Below, piece by piece: positions 20,442 to 33,223 of a stretch of 33,969 nt of DNA. The stretch is taken from the NCBI GenBank assembly GCA_032718475.1, contig JAUCBJ010002868.1, positions 1-33,969 on the forward strand, written 5' to 3'. A model generated the notes under the pieces. It was given only the letters and a program-made list of their open reading frames with translations. It had not been told where the DNA came from and ran no database searches. How positions within the stretch are numbered: position 1 is the first letter of the stretch; each line of letters opens with the position of its first letter. The DNA is from Nemertoderma westbladi. Lineage: Eukaryota > Animalia > Xenacoelomorpha. Made by a program: the position numbers and the translations under genes.

Positions 20442-22335
20442 GCTCTGCTATATGATTTTGTTGCAAACAGTAAACCTTCTTTTAGAATAATAATAATGAT
20501 AATAAATTATTAATGAGTGCATTATTATATAAATTATTAAGTTTGAATGAAAATTTAATATTTAACCTTTAAAACAGTAAAATTTTACATTTAACATTTT
20601 ATTCAAATTTAAAACAATAATTGGTCTTATATTTCTATATAAACAACGACAATGAATTTCCAAATAATACAGAACAATACAATGAGATAATATTTTGAGT
20701 GTAAGAGGTAAATGTAGTGGTGTTTTGTGGTGACTAAGTGATAACTCTCAAATTCTACAGAACGTAGCAGAAGAAACCCATTTCATCTGTTAAGGTGTAA
20801 CTCCAATCTTATTAGGAATTAGTATTAAAAACTAGGGGCGAGTTTAAAATAAAATCAATATTAAATTTGAAGAAAACAAATTTCAGTATAGGTAGAATGA
20901 ATGAAAAGTAACACTGAAATGTTACACTTAATAGTAATTTAACACTTAATCGCTTTAATTCAAACTATAAAACACTCAAACTTACTATAATGTTTTTATT
21001 CTATTTTATGATTATATTTTAGGACAGAAATCCTAAAATGTAATTATAAAAGCATATTATAGTAAGTTTCGGTGTATTAAAATTTGAATTAAAGTGATTT
21101 AAGTATGAAATAACGATTAAGTGTAACAATTCTGTGTTACTTTTCATGCGTTCGTCACTGTGACACTCAAAACACATAATTTTAAAATATTGAACGATAA
21201 CGTCCACACTGCAGTCATACACAGTCATGTACATTCTACACTGCAGTTACACGCGAAAAGAACCCCACTTGAAAGAAAGTAAAGATAATGACAAAAATAA
21301 AATTAACTATTGTAATAGTAAATTTTTAATTTTTAGTCAATTTTTTTTATATAAGTAGATACCGGTAGATATAAGTACATCGAATCATTCCACATCTCAG
21401 TTGGAGACTGGCTTGGCTAGTTCCATCAGACAGCTGGTCACAACTGATTAAAAAAATTGTACAAGCGGGATGGGATTTCTGAATTCCAATAAAAAAATTA
21501 AATGAAATTGGTTCTTTACGATTTGCATGGTTAGGTATTACTGAAATGATCAAATTCAATTTGTGTTTCCAAGAAATTTTTTATTATATAGCAGTAAAGA
21601 TCTAAAGAAATTTAAATTATAACTCTCCTCGTAACCAAACATTACATAGTATGTTGGATAATATTCTTGGCCAGAGTTCCGTCGCCCGTCCACTCTGAAA
21701 TAAGTTTTGATTCCATTGTTATATTTGCAGACTGTCGTGATTACGTTGGAAAGATTTCGTAAATTCAAAACCGGCAAAAACCTAAGTGCGGTAAGCAGGG
21801 TAATAAGCTCTTGCTTTAGTCATTGTAATTTCTTGAAATAGCAAATTTGTGATAAACCTGAATGAGCTTATAATTTATGAGCAGTTTTTGATAAGTAGCC
21901 CTAAAGGTTATATTTTGAAACATTTAAAATTTTTTTTTGTCCTCTAAATGCTGCAAAAAGGTAAATTACATAAATTTTTCCTCCCAAGGAACAAGAAAAA
22001 TATATTAGATCGGACCAAAAGGATTATTTTCGTGTCGTACCAACGATTTTATATAAAGAGGATAACTATATTACTACTTATCCTACACCCTAAAAGTGGC
22101 ACACAATTTTTTTTGAAAATTTTTCTTTCAAGATGTTTCTTTGAACCGAATGGGCGGGACAATGCCGCCTTTATTAATAACATAATACGCAACATAATTA
22201 TTTGCTAAATCAAAATTGAAATGTGACTTCATAAATAATGTAAGTGTGACAAGTTCAGTTGAATTTGTTATTAAAAAATGACCCAATGCCATGTACATAA
22301 TCTCGTGCCAATGAAACGGTTACTAATAATAAAAT

Positions 22336-22463
22336 CAACGTCAACTCGGTACATACTGTATGTCACCATGGTAACAACGTAAAACAACGTCCACTCGGTA
22401 CATACTGTATGCCACCATGGCAACGCGTACATAATGTATGCCACCATGGTAACAACGTAAAAC
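22336..22463. repeat. ~49-bp tandem repeat (2.5 copies) carrying three RFX X-box-like motifs
   Basis: Unit caacgtcaactcggtacatactgtatgtcaccatggtaacaacgtaaaa. GTCACCATGGTAAC at 22362-22375, with one-mismatch copies at 22411-22424 and 22440-22453. Confidence 0.75.
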
Positions 22464-23936
22464 AAAATTCTAAAATTATATTATTGCGGAATTAACTTTA
22501 TTTAACCTTAAAATTATTAATGAGCAAACAAATAATTCCAAATAATCGATAGTTTTGAATTTAATTTTAGTGGTGACATTATTTAATTATTCTGGCACAA
22601 AAATTTATATTTTGAAATAATTTTAAAAGAATCAACCATGCTCAATTTTATTGTTGGTGTCAGATGTTTCTTATTAGAGTTGCACATTTTCAATGCCACA
22701 GGAAAATAACGGCAATTCAGGGATCGAGAAGCTTATAGAAACGGACTTTTCGACCAAAACATTAAGCGATATCATTAACAATTGACGTTAACAATTTGAT
22801 GGGCGGGCTTATTTAACCAAACAATAAACGATTGACAATAAAAAATACGAAATCGTGATTGCAATTTCAAAGGGATGGCCTAATTATAATATTATTACAG
22901 TATAAATGCTGCATTGTTACATCACTGTCAGATAATTTTTAATAAAAATCACAATTATGTACCATGGCCATAAAAAGTGTGCGCCAGAATTATTAATTAA
23001 TGTTGCCCAAAAATTATAGCGATTTACTAAAACCTCGCCGCATTTGGCACCAAATATTTACAAAAATAATATTTCCACTTCAATAAAAAATAAGGAATAC
23101 TATAGGTACTACTATAATAATAATAATAACAAATACTATTAAAATTACTTTGAGTATCACACTTCATACATGGCGAATCACATGGCACAAAGGAATGGAA
23201 ATATTAAAGGAGTGGTGAAGATAGCTTTATCGCCCTTCTATATGAAGTTTTCTGATGAAAGGAAAGATCAGGTCCTTCTGTTTGTGTTTTGTTGTCACGG
23301 GAACAACCAACCAGGCAGGTAGAATCAGATTCCTTTCTCTACCCAAGCGAAGATGTCAACAGTCCGTGAAGCCTCTTTATTCCACAAGGTTTTATTCCAG
23401 CAAACTAAAGCCGCTTTAGGCATAGAAGGACTACCTTACCACAGGTGAATCGTGTATCTTTTACCAGGTGTATAATCTCATCTGCTCTGATTCTAATTAA
23501 TATTCATATCCACGCTTATTTAGGTCAGATGCGAGCTTTGTATGTTTTATCTATTATGCCGTATCTCAGGGCTTTCGATTATAGTAAACTCATAAAACTT
23601 TTATCTTCAATAAGCAGAAAAAAGTAATTAAAGAAACTTTGGGAGCTGAGCAGCATACCCCCAACTCCCTTCCCTACACTAAACTGTACTTACCACGCCA
23701 GCATTTCTAGTAACCAAGGCACATTCTATTGGAATTTATAAGCCTATGGAGTTTGTAAGTGGAATGTTTGGAATAGCGTATTATATTTTAAAAGATTAAA
23801 AACGCGTACGTACTTTAATTTCATAAATTTAATCTGAAATCAATAAAGTTAACTAGAAGCAGAGAATTATGTTAAATATTTACAAATGTCCAACAGGAAC
23901 CAGCGGGTCACCTATTACATATAAACATATTATGGT

Positions 23937-25788
23937 CACACCGCACACCTCACACCGCACACCGCACACCGCACACCCAACACCGCACACCGCACACCCA
24001 ACACCGCACACCGCACACCGCACCGCACACCCCACACCCAACACCGCACACCGCACACCCCACACCGCACACCTCACACCCCACACCGCACACCTCACAC
24101 CCCACACCGCACACCCAACACATCACACCGCACACCCCACACCTCACACCGCACACCCAACACCGCACACCGCACACCCAACACCGCACACCGCACACCG
24201 CACCGCACACCCCACACCCAACACCGCACACCGCACACCCCACACCGCACACCTCACACCCCACACCGCACACCTCACACCCCACACCGCACACCCAACA
24301 CATCACACCGCACACCCCACACCTCACACCGCACACCGCACACCTCACACCGCACACCGCACACCGCACACCCAACACCGCACACCGCACACCGCACACC
24401 GCACACCACACACCGCACACCGCACACCGCACACCACACACCGCACACCGCACACCGCACACCACACACCACACACCGCACACCGCACACCGCACACCGC
24501 ACACCGCACACCGCACACCGCACACCGCACACCACACCGCACACCCAACACCGCACACCGCACACCCAACACCGCACACCGCACACCGCACCGCACACCA
24601 CACACCACACACCGCACACCGCACACCGCACACCGCACACCGCACACCGCACACCGCACACCACACCGCACACCCAACACCGCACACCGCACACCCAACA
24701 CCGCACACCGCACACCGCACCGCACACCCCACACCCAACACCGCACACCGCACACCCCACACCGCACACCTCACACCCCACACCGCACACCTCACACCCC
24801 ACACCGCACACCCAACACATCACACCGCACACCCCACACCTCACACCGCACACCGCACACCGCACACCGCACACCGCACACCGCACACCGCACACCGCAC
24901 ACCGCACACCGCACACCGCACACCGCACACCGCACACCCAACACCGCACACCGCACACCGCACCGCACACCCCACACCCAACACCGCACACCGCACACCC
25001 CACACCGCACACCTCACACCCCACACCGCACACCGCACACCCAACACCGCACACCGCACACCGCACCGCACACCCCACACCCAACACCGCACACCGCACA
25101 CCCCACACCGCACACCTCACACCCCACACCGCACACCTCACACCCCACACCGCACACCCAACACATCACACCGCACACCCCACACCTCACACCGCACACC
25201 GCACACCGCACACCGCACACCGCACACCGCACACCGCACACCGCACACCGCACACCGCACACCGCACACCGCACACCGCACACCGCACACCGCACACCCC
25301 ACACCGCACACCTCACACCGCACACCCCACACCGCACACCCAACACATCACACCGCACACCCCACACCTCACACCGCACACCGCACACCGCACACCGCAC
25401 ACCGCACACCCCACACCGCACACCCAACACATCACACCGCACACCCTACACCTCACACCGCACACCGCACACCGCACACCGCACACCGCACACCGCACAC
25501 CGCACACCGCACACCGCACACCGCACACCGCACACCGCACACCACACACCGCACACCGCACACCGGCACACCGCACACCGCACACCGCACACCGCACACC
25601 GCACACCGCACACCGCACACCGCACACCGCACACCGCACACCGCACACCGCACACCGCACACCGCACACCGCACACCGCACACCGCACACCGCACACCGC
25701 ACACCGCACACCGCACACCGCACACCGCACACCGCACACCGCACACCGCACACCGCACACCGCACACCGCACACCGCACACCGCACCG
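23937..25788. repeat. (CACACCG)n heptamer minisatellite, about 1.85 kb, with variant units and higher-order repeats
   Basis: Directly visible. Lines 24001-24120 recur exactly at 24181-24300 (180-bp period). Confidence 0.98.
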
Positions 25789-26099
25789 TATCATGTTTTG
25801 TTAATTTGATATGATAAATTCCATTTGTTAGGATACTTGCATTGGCCAGGAATAGAATAGCTTCAGTATAGGATTAAAAAAAAGTTTAGATAAACAAACC
25901 AACGACATGACAAAAGTGTTTTTTTTAGACAAATCCATGATTTGGGTTTGGTTTGAGCAATGCAAGCAGCAAGTTTGATCAACATATAGTTTGATCTGTT
26001 TATCTGTATTGTAACCACTGCCGCCCTACAGTAAGCAATACCTGAATACTAATGAGCTAAACTTACAATCAAATTACTGATTAGGCGGGGCTTATTAGA

Positions 26100-26175
26100 A
26101 TCCTCACAGGGATCACCTTTGATCCTCCTATCACCAACAATCATCTGGTGGACCTCGACTGTCCAATTATCATCT
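26100..26175 (+). mobile_element. Possible degraded reverse transcriptase fragment
   Basis: QGSPL followed, after a frameshift, by PITNNHLVDLD (cf. QGSPLSPxLxNxYxxDLD). Confidence 0.3.
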
Positions 26176-26423
26176 TACCTCTCAGCAGTACAGCATGCAT
26201 CATCCCTAGAGAATAGAGATATAATCGTAGGAATTTACAGTTGATTGTCGAAGTTTAACTGTAGACCATAATGTAAGATCAGATATAGGCCCTACTAAAA
26301 TACGTTAAGCCCAAAATAATATATAAAAATAATACCGGTAATGTGCATCAGTTAATGTAGTATCGTACGCAATGATTAATTGATTACAAATTGCATGAGG
26401 ATAAAGGCTGGTTCACAGCCCTT

Positions 26424-27336
26424 AAAAATGTCTATTTAGCAATGTTTAACCACCTCCGTAGACTTTATTTTTCGTCTTTGGAATGTAATCTGGATATCAT
26501 TAGAACCGCCTTCATCTGCAGATTCCGAATCAGAAAACCGTTTTAAATTTAACCAAAAGGTGGCAAAGATATTATCACAATACTAAGGTGCAAATTTTGA
26601 GAAGTAAATCGCTATAATTCTAATTTTTTTTTGTCTTTATTCTAGAATATTTATTATTATTAATAAATCATTAATAATAATAATTATATTTATAATTAAT
26701 AATTAATAAATTATTAATAATAATTTATTATTATTTCTGCACGAGCAAGTGTTGGCGTCCTACACCCGATTGGGTCTGCTCTCTGTGTGCCAAGCAGTGC
26801 ACAGACAAACATCACTTTAACAAGTGCTGCAAAGTACCACGTCTCGACTGCGAGATCCGCTATGCTCTCTACCTAAATGACCTACCTTAATTTTTAATTA
26901 ATATAAATCCTTTTATTCCGGTTATGTGCCTTTCTTTCTTTTTTATCTAATACTAATACAATACATCGTTCTCTACTTGAAGTGCAACTAAAATTATATT
27001 CTTTAATTCTTCATAATTTTTCCATGTGGAAAATATACGCCCCATTTGATTCATTTATTATTATTTTGCTGAGCGTTTAATTAAAACTCTACATATTGTT
27101 TCTTCATTATGCGTAATTAATATTCTAGAATCGAGTAAAAAAAACGTTAGAATTATATCGATTTACGTGTTAAAATGTATACCTATGAATTTTGAAAATA
27201 TCTCCGGAAGTTATTGGTGAAATTTAAAACGGTTTTCTGATTCTTAATCTGCATATGAAGGCGGTTCTAATGACATTCCAAAGACGAAAAATAAAGCCGA
27301 CGGAGGTAGCTAAATATTGCAAAATATATGATTTTT
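26424..27336. mobile_element. Foldback/MITE-like element with ~250-bp inverted arms
   Basis: ctttatttttcgtctttggaatgt...tcattagaaccgccttcat...aatcagaaaaccgttttaaattt (about 26460-26550) is mirrored at about 27220-27300. Arms are about 26424-26670 and 27090-27336. No clear TSD. Confidence 0.8.
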
Positions 27337-27668
27337 ATCGGCTTGTTGTATCGAAATAGCTCAGAAATTAAAAAATCTGGCCTGGCCAGCAGTAAGAAAA
27401 TTGTCGAACTATCACCATACCAAATATCGAAGCATAAGATTGAAATTTGAAAATAATTATGGGGGGGGGGGGGGGGGGGTGGTGGGGCTCCGACCCCCTA
27501 AAAATGGATGTTGTATTAAGGGAGATGGTGTATATATATCAGTTGTACAAATAAATAGTAAGAAAATAATAAAGAGACCAATATCCCGCTGATTATATTT
27601 TTAATTCTTGATTATATGTGTTTTTGTTATATTATGTCAACTTAACAGCGGTTTGGTGGATTACTCGT

Positions 27669-27697
27669 AACGCTGCAAAGTACTACTTTGCAGCGTT
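27669..27697. repeat. Perfect 14-bp palindrome with a 1-nt spacer
   Basis: aacgctgcaaagta-c-tactttgcagcgtt, with a third half-site aacgttgcaaagta at about 27715. Confidence 0.85.
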
Positions 27698-28089
27698 GCG
27701 TTATATAGGACGGAACGTTGCAAAGTATCCAATGACATTGAAACTACTTAAATTACCGTATTCCAGAATGTATTATTTCCATTTAGATTAATGCGTGATT
27801 CTTTATTCATTAAAGCAGCACGTGTTTGCATCATGCGTGCATCCAGTTTGAAGTGACGGGACTAGTTACTGTATGTACATAATTGTTTAACGTGTTAGAC
27901 TGTATTCCATACGTCCTATAGAAAACATTTTAGAGAAAATGAGCAAAGAAAATACGGTGACAGTGTTCAGTAAAACTAAACGGACACAGACGGTAACTCA
28001 GTTTGCTTCAGTCGACGATGGATCAAAGTTTTATCACATCCATGCAGGAGATAACACCAATGAACTTTAATTAGATATAATTGTATAGC

Positions 28090-29755
28090 ACCGGCTCGGC
28101 ACCTGTTCAAATTTAAGGGGCGATGGTAGCCCAGGCTATCCCCATACATTTTACTATTAACACATATGTACCCATTACGCTCGTTCTATGTTTTTAGAGG
28201 TTCCACAATTGTGTCTCACAACTAAAAACCTGCTGCGAAAATTTCAGAAAAATTCCATCAAACCGTTCTCGAGAAAAAGGTGCATTTATTTCTAAATTTC
28301 ACGAAAAATAAGATGCTGAGAAAAACTCATTTTAAGTTTTCAAACCTTCCCGCTAATTTTATGTAACAAAATGTCTGTCTATCAGTCAAAATATAAGGAG
28401 GCATATCACCTGAATAAAACTTCAGATATGACTGACTGACTGACTGACTGACTGACTGACTGACTGACTGACTGACTGACTGACTGACTGACTGACTGAC
28501 TGACTGACTGACTGACTGACTGACTGACTGACTGACTGACTGACTGACTGACTGACTGACTGACTGACTGACTGACTGACTGACTGACTGACTGACTGAC
28601 TGACTGACTGACTGACTGACTGACTGACTGACTGACTGACTGACTGACTGACTGACTGACTGACTGACTGACTGACTGACTGACTGACTGACTGACTGAC
28701 TGACTGACTGACTGACTGACTGACTGACTGACTGACTGACTGACTGACTGACTGACTGACTGACTGACTGACTGACTGACTGACTGACTGACTGACTGAC
28801 TGACTGACTGACTGACTGACTGACTGACTGACTGACTGACTGACTGACTGACTGACTGACTGACTGACTGACTGACTGACTGACTGACTGACTGACTGAC
28901 TGACTGACTGACTGACTGACTGACTGACTGACTGACTGACTGACTGACTGACTGACTGACTGACTGACTGACTGACTGACTGACTGACTGACTGACTGAC
29001 TGACTGACTGACTGACTGACTGACTGACTGACTGACTGACTGACTGACTGACTGACTGACTGACTGACTGACTGACTGACTGACTGACTGACTGACTGAC
29101 TGACTGACTGACTGACTGACTGACTGACTGACTGACTGACTGACTGACTGACTGACTGACTGACTGACTGACTGACTGACTGACTGACTGACTGACTGAC
29201 TGACTGACTGACTGACTGACTGACTGACTGACTGACTGACTGACTGACTGACTGACTGACTGACTGACTGACTGACTGACTGACTGACTGACTGACTGAC
29301 TGACTGACTGACTGACTGACTGACTGACTGACTGACTGACTGACTGACTGACTGACTGACTGACTGACTGACTGACTGACTGACTGACTGACTGACTGAC
29401 TGACTGACTGACTGACTGACTGACTGACTGACTGACTGACTGACTGACTGACTGACTGACTGACTGACTGACTGACTGACTGACTGACTGACTGACTGAC
29501 TGACTGACTGACTGACTGACTGACTGACTGACTGACTGACTGACTGACTGACTGACTGACTGACTGACTGACTGACTGACTGACTGACTGACTGACTGAC
29601 TGACTGACTGACTGACTGACTGACTGACTGACTGACTGACTGACTGACTGACTGACTGACTGACTGACTGACTGACTGACTGACTGACTGACTGACTGAA
29701 GGATTGGCAGCCTCCCTGAACCATGGAAACCATGACATGTGTCGTCATGTGAAAT
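28090..29755 (-). mobile_element. DINE-1/HINE-like element hosting the giant tetranucleotide tract
   Basis: On the minus strand, a short hairpin catgacgacacatgtcatg lies about 30 nt before the (CAGT)n tract. On the other side of the tract is a body with typical aaaatttcagaaaaattccatcaaaccgttctcgagaaaa (plus strand). Boundaries are approximate. Confidence 0.45.
28429..29699. repeat. Perfect (TGAC)n microsatellite, 1271 bp (about 318 units)
   Basis: Directly visible; no interruption seen. Confidence 0.99.
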
Positions 29756-30280
29756 GCAAATGAAAACTTATTGGATATATGTCCACATCAGCATGAACTA
29801 TACTTTGGCAATCTATTAAATTAATATTATTTTATTCCAAAATTTAACATTACTCAACGCCGTTAGTATTAACAGCGAGTTGTTATTTAGGACTTTACAA
29901 CTTTAGAGGACATTACAGTATTGTATTGGTCTGTGCATCTAGTATTGTATTGGTGTCGTAATGTAACGACGGCGTGACTGTAAATTCACGCCGTCATGAT
30001 TACCAAATAATCAATAGTTGGTATTTATTATTAATTGCCTGACAGATAGACCAGACCAGACCAACTCCATTACCTATTAATAATTAATATTACTAATAAC
30101 CTGCTATTATTAACCAGTAGCTATAAACTATTAACATGGCTCCAAACTCAACCATAAATATAAGCTAACTTTTTTTATAACTTTTTTATAACTTTTATTT
30201 TTATTTTTACATTTATTTATACAGCAACTAATTTAATTTATGCAGTTTCTATCACTTATAATATACATACAATCATTTCG

Positions 30281-30371
30281 TTTACAGTATTCTGATCCTC
30301 GTGGATTTATTATCACTCACTCACTAACGTTCGCTCGTGTAACAAAGCCACTCGGATCATCACTCTGTAAA
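30281..30371. repeat. Imperfect ~90-bp hairpin resembling the end of Crypton-like non-autonomous elements
   Basis: tttacagtattctgatcctcgtggattt...cactaacgttcgctcgtg...aaagccactcggatcatcactctgtaaa. The family label comes from general resemblance only. Confidence 0.45.
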
Positions 30372-30839
30372 GTGCTACTTTACACACAAGTATGTAAATA
30401 GTTATTACACAGCATTCAACAATATCACTGCTGATGCGCTTTTATTATCACTTTCATCCAAAATACTGGTTATATATAAAATTGTATACCTGATACCAAA
30501 TACTAACTAGAAAGCCAGCAAGCTGGCTGGAAGGAGCCCGGGGGAAAAATCCTAGCCAAGACTATTACAAAGAACTATGTCAGTCAGCAGTAAGTAAACT
30601 AAAATTGTCTAAACTGCAAGGCGTGAGGCTAGCTGACTTTGTGGCTCGCCCCACATAATAAAAAATGCAACTTAGCTACCACTAACAAAAATATAATATG
30701 AAGCAAATAATTTCATTATCAAGAACGTTTACAAGATATAAGATACGATTACCGAATATTTATAAAAAATGCCCATGATGCACAACCAGATAAATAACAA
30801 CGAATAGAGCCAAATAACAAATTTAGTTTCCTTCTATAG

Positions 30840-31570
30840 GTATTACCCCGTCGTCAAGCGGAATATCTCTTCCCAGTGAATTCTATGTGAATATGTAATA
30901 TAGGTACTCCTTAGGCGGTAGGCCAGAGCGGGCTCCTTAAATACATGCAACTACTGTATTATAGTGTAGGTCAACTATAAAACATTTTGCAATCCACAGT
31001 GAGTATCGACTGCAATAGGACACAACACACTGCTTTGTGTAACTAAAATTCATTCTCCTGATCCACCCCCTAACATAGCAGAGTGAGTAACCTTATTGTA
31101 CTGTAGATATACCCTTAGGAAGCACTGGGAGAGCAATCAGCTTATGGGGTAATACATTAGAAACCAACAGCTTATGTGTGAGTAAACATTGCCTTTCCTT
31201 ATAGCCTACTAGTAAAACTTGGCAACCAACACGTTTTTCTATGACTGTGTATAATATATTAAGCCATATTTCATCATGAACAGCAGCTGTTATTTTACCA
31301 TTGCTTTTAATTTCGCGACAAAACAATGTCAAAAAACGAAATATATTGAATACCACACATAGAATCGATCTGAAATTTTGTAACGCGATTATGAACCACC
31401 AAAGCAATGTACTTGCAAAATTTCATCAAAATCGCCAGGCAGGAAGTGCCTTAACCTAGATAATTATCAGTCAGTATGTCAGTCAGTGTAATGTATCCTG
31501 AGATTTTTACAGAAAGTATCCCTGAGATTCTTACAGTAAGTATCCCGCTGTCAAGCGGGCTCCTAACAAT
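30840..31570 (-). mobile_element. HINE-like non-autonomous element
   Basis: Repeated gtcaagcgg/gcgggctcct motifs at both ends, a short (CAGT)n, gcaaaatttcatcaaaatcg, and a ~24-bp internal duplication at about 31492-31545. The segment ctcttcccagtgaat is shared with about 9890. Confidence 0.45.
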
Positions 31571-33101
31571 ACATATTAGGTGGTGGCATCACCACATCAT
31601 CATTGAGAATCGTCATTACATGCCAAAGTATTCCACCCAACTGGCCTACTAAGTTTATCATATGTAAGTATATAACTGTATATGTAAGTAACATTATCCA
31701 ATGTATCACATTATTATCTTCACCGCAGTATAACCTTATTGTAGTGGCAATGTATAGCAGTTGCAGAAAGCGTCTTACTTTCTCGAAAACACCGCATGCC
31801 CTCTGTCTCAAACTGTGCCATTAAACAATGCAACCTAATTAAATACTTTGTATAGAATAATAAGTAACCAACCCATGATTAATTAGTATGCATTAACACA
31901 AACAGATGCTGCCGTTGGTATACAGATTACAAGAACCCTGTAGATTTTATTTATACGTTATATAAAAACAATAACAAAAATACCGGTACACTAAAAAACT
32001 TACTTCATTTCATTTATTCATTTATCTCAACAACTTCAACATACCCATCACCGCACCATAATTGTGATAAAAACGTAAACGGGTTAGGACGAGAATGTTG
32101 AAGTTATTAAGATGACATGAATGTGTATGCAGTATGAAAGCATTGGAAATGCTTGATGGTTACTGCAGCCACATGTTCACCGGTACTGAGTGATTGTTTG
32201 TTCTTGTCGTGAGAAATGTAGTACACTAATAATTTTTGGTTATGAGCGTGTTAGTTGGAATACTTAAATGATTAGTTATGAATTAGTTGCATTGGCATTG
32301 TAGGCTTCTATCGCTATTGTCCACCATACCTTTAATGCTTTTAAGGCCTTTAAGGTCCTGTAAGACCTTAAGGTCCCCACGTAAAGCTTTCATCTTATGC
32401 TTAAAGGTTGCTCATGGGGTCTTACCGGAACTCTATTAAAATGTATTTTGTAGTTTAGCATATAATAGTTTAGTTTCTATGGTTACTATGATAAGAACGA
32501 TTATCAAGTCATTTATTGCAACATGTTTAAGATTTCTGGTCCACTATTATTAGTTATTAGTACCTTCTGATATACTTCTTATAATTACAGATTAAAAATG
32601 TGGTTTACAGTTATAGCCAAAATGTCAAATATACTCCAGTGTCGGAGTAAGTAGGCCTACCTAATATGTTTTCAGCAAATCAGAAAGATTTTCAATTTAA
32701 TATTGAATATTTATTTATTTATATACTTACTTATAAATATGTACTACTATGTATGTGTATTATTGTTTAATGCAAATTTAGATTTATATATGTGCCATAG
32801 TGGATATTCCTTTTTTCCGGTATCTAGATTGATTTGTTTGAATTTATATATAGGTTACGGGTCGCAGCACCGTCACTATAACTACTATCTCTGCATATAT
32901 ATGTACACCATTGTCAATGGTCACTGTTAGCTGTTATGGATGGACCCTGGTGTAAACTACCAGGAATCCCAGGCCCGTCCGGGGTAGCTGCTACAAATGG
33001 CTCAGAAATATGATGTCCCAGATATAGATCACCTAGACTGGCGTGCTGTCAGCATGCCGGACGGGTGTATTGGATCGGATAAAGAGGAGATAAACGGGTA
33101 G

Positions 33102-33223
33102 GCCTACAGTGACAAAGCAATAGTACCAGGGGAGATGGTGTTAATCAAACAAAATATAATCCCACCATTTAATCCCCAGCCATATATGGTTACAATAAAG
33201 ACAAAGGACCTCAGGTAACGGCA
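33102..33223 (+). mobile_element. Degraded Ty3/Gypsy integrase C-terminal (GPY/F-like) fragment
   Basis: AYSDKAIVPGEMVLIKQNIIPPFNPQPYMVT then frameshifted KGPQVTA; cf. GDxVLxKQ...PPFDPxPYxV...KGxQxTA in Gypsy pol tails. Confidence 0.6.

Noticed and set aside
21347-21777. Short minus-strand ORFs upstream of eag as possible extra exons or transposase remnants
   Set aside because: eag already begins with a complete PAS-cap, and no motif was strong enough to assign a TE family.
23252-23280. Hammerhead-like CTGATGA followed by a stem (aagga...tcctt)
   Set aside because: The required GAAA after stem II is absent (ctgt follows).
23869-25809. 646-aa His/Thr/Pro/Arg-rich ORF and the many antisense Cys/Val/Gly ORFs
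   Set aside because: These are translations of the (CACACCG)n array, which lacks stop codons in nearly all frames; there is no independent sign of coding.
28327-29748. 473-aa and 438-aa (SQSV)n ORFs
   Set aside because: Artefacts of the (CAGT)n microsatellite.
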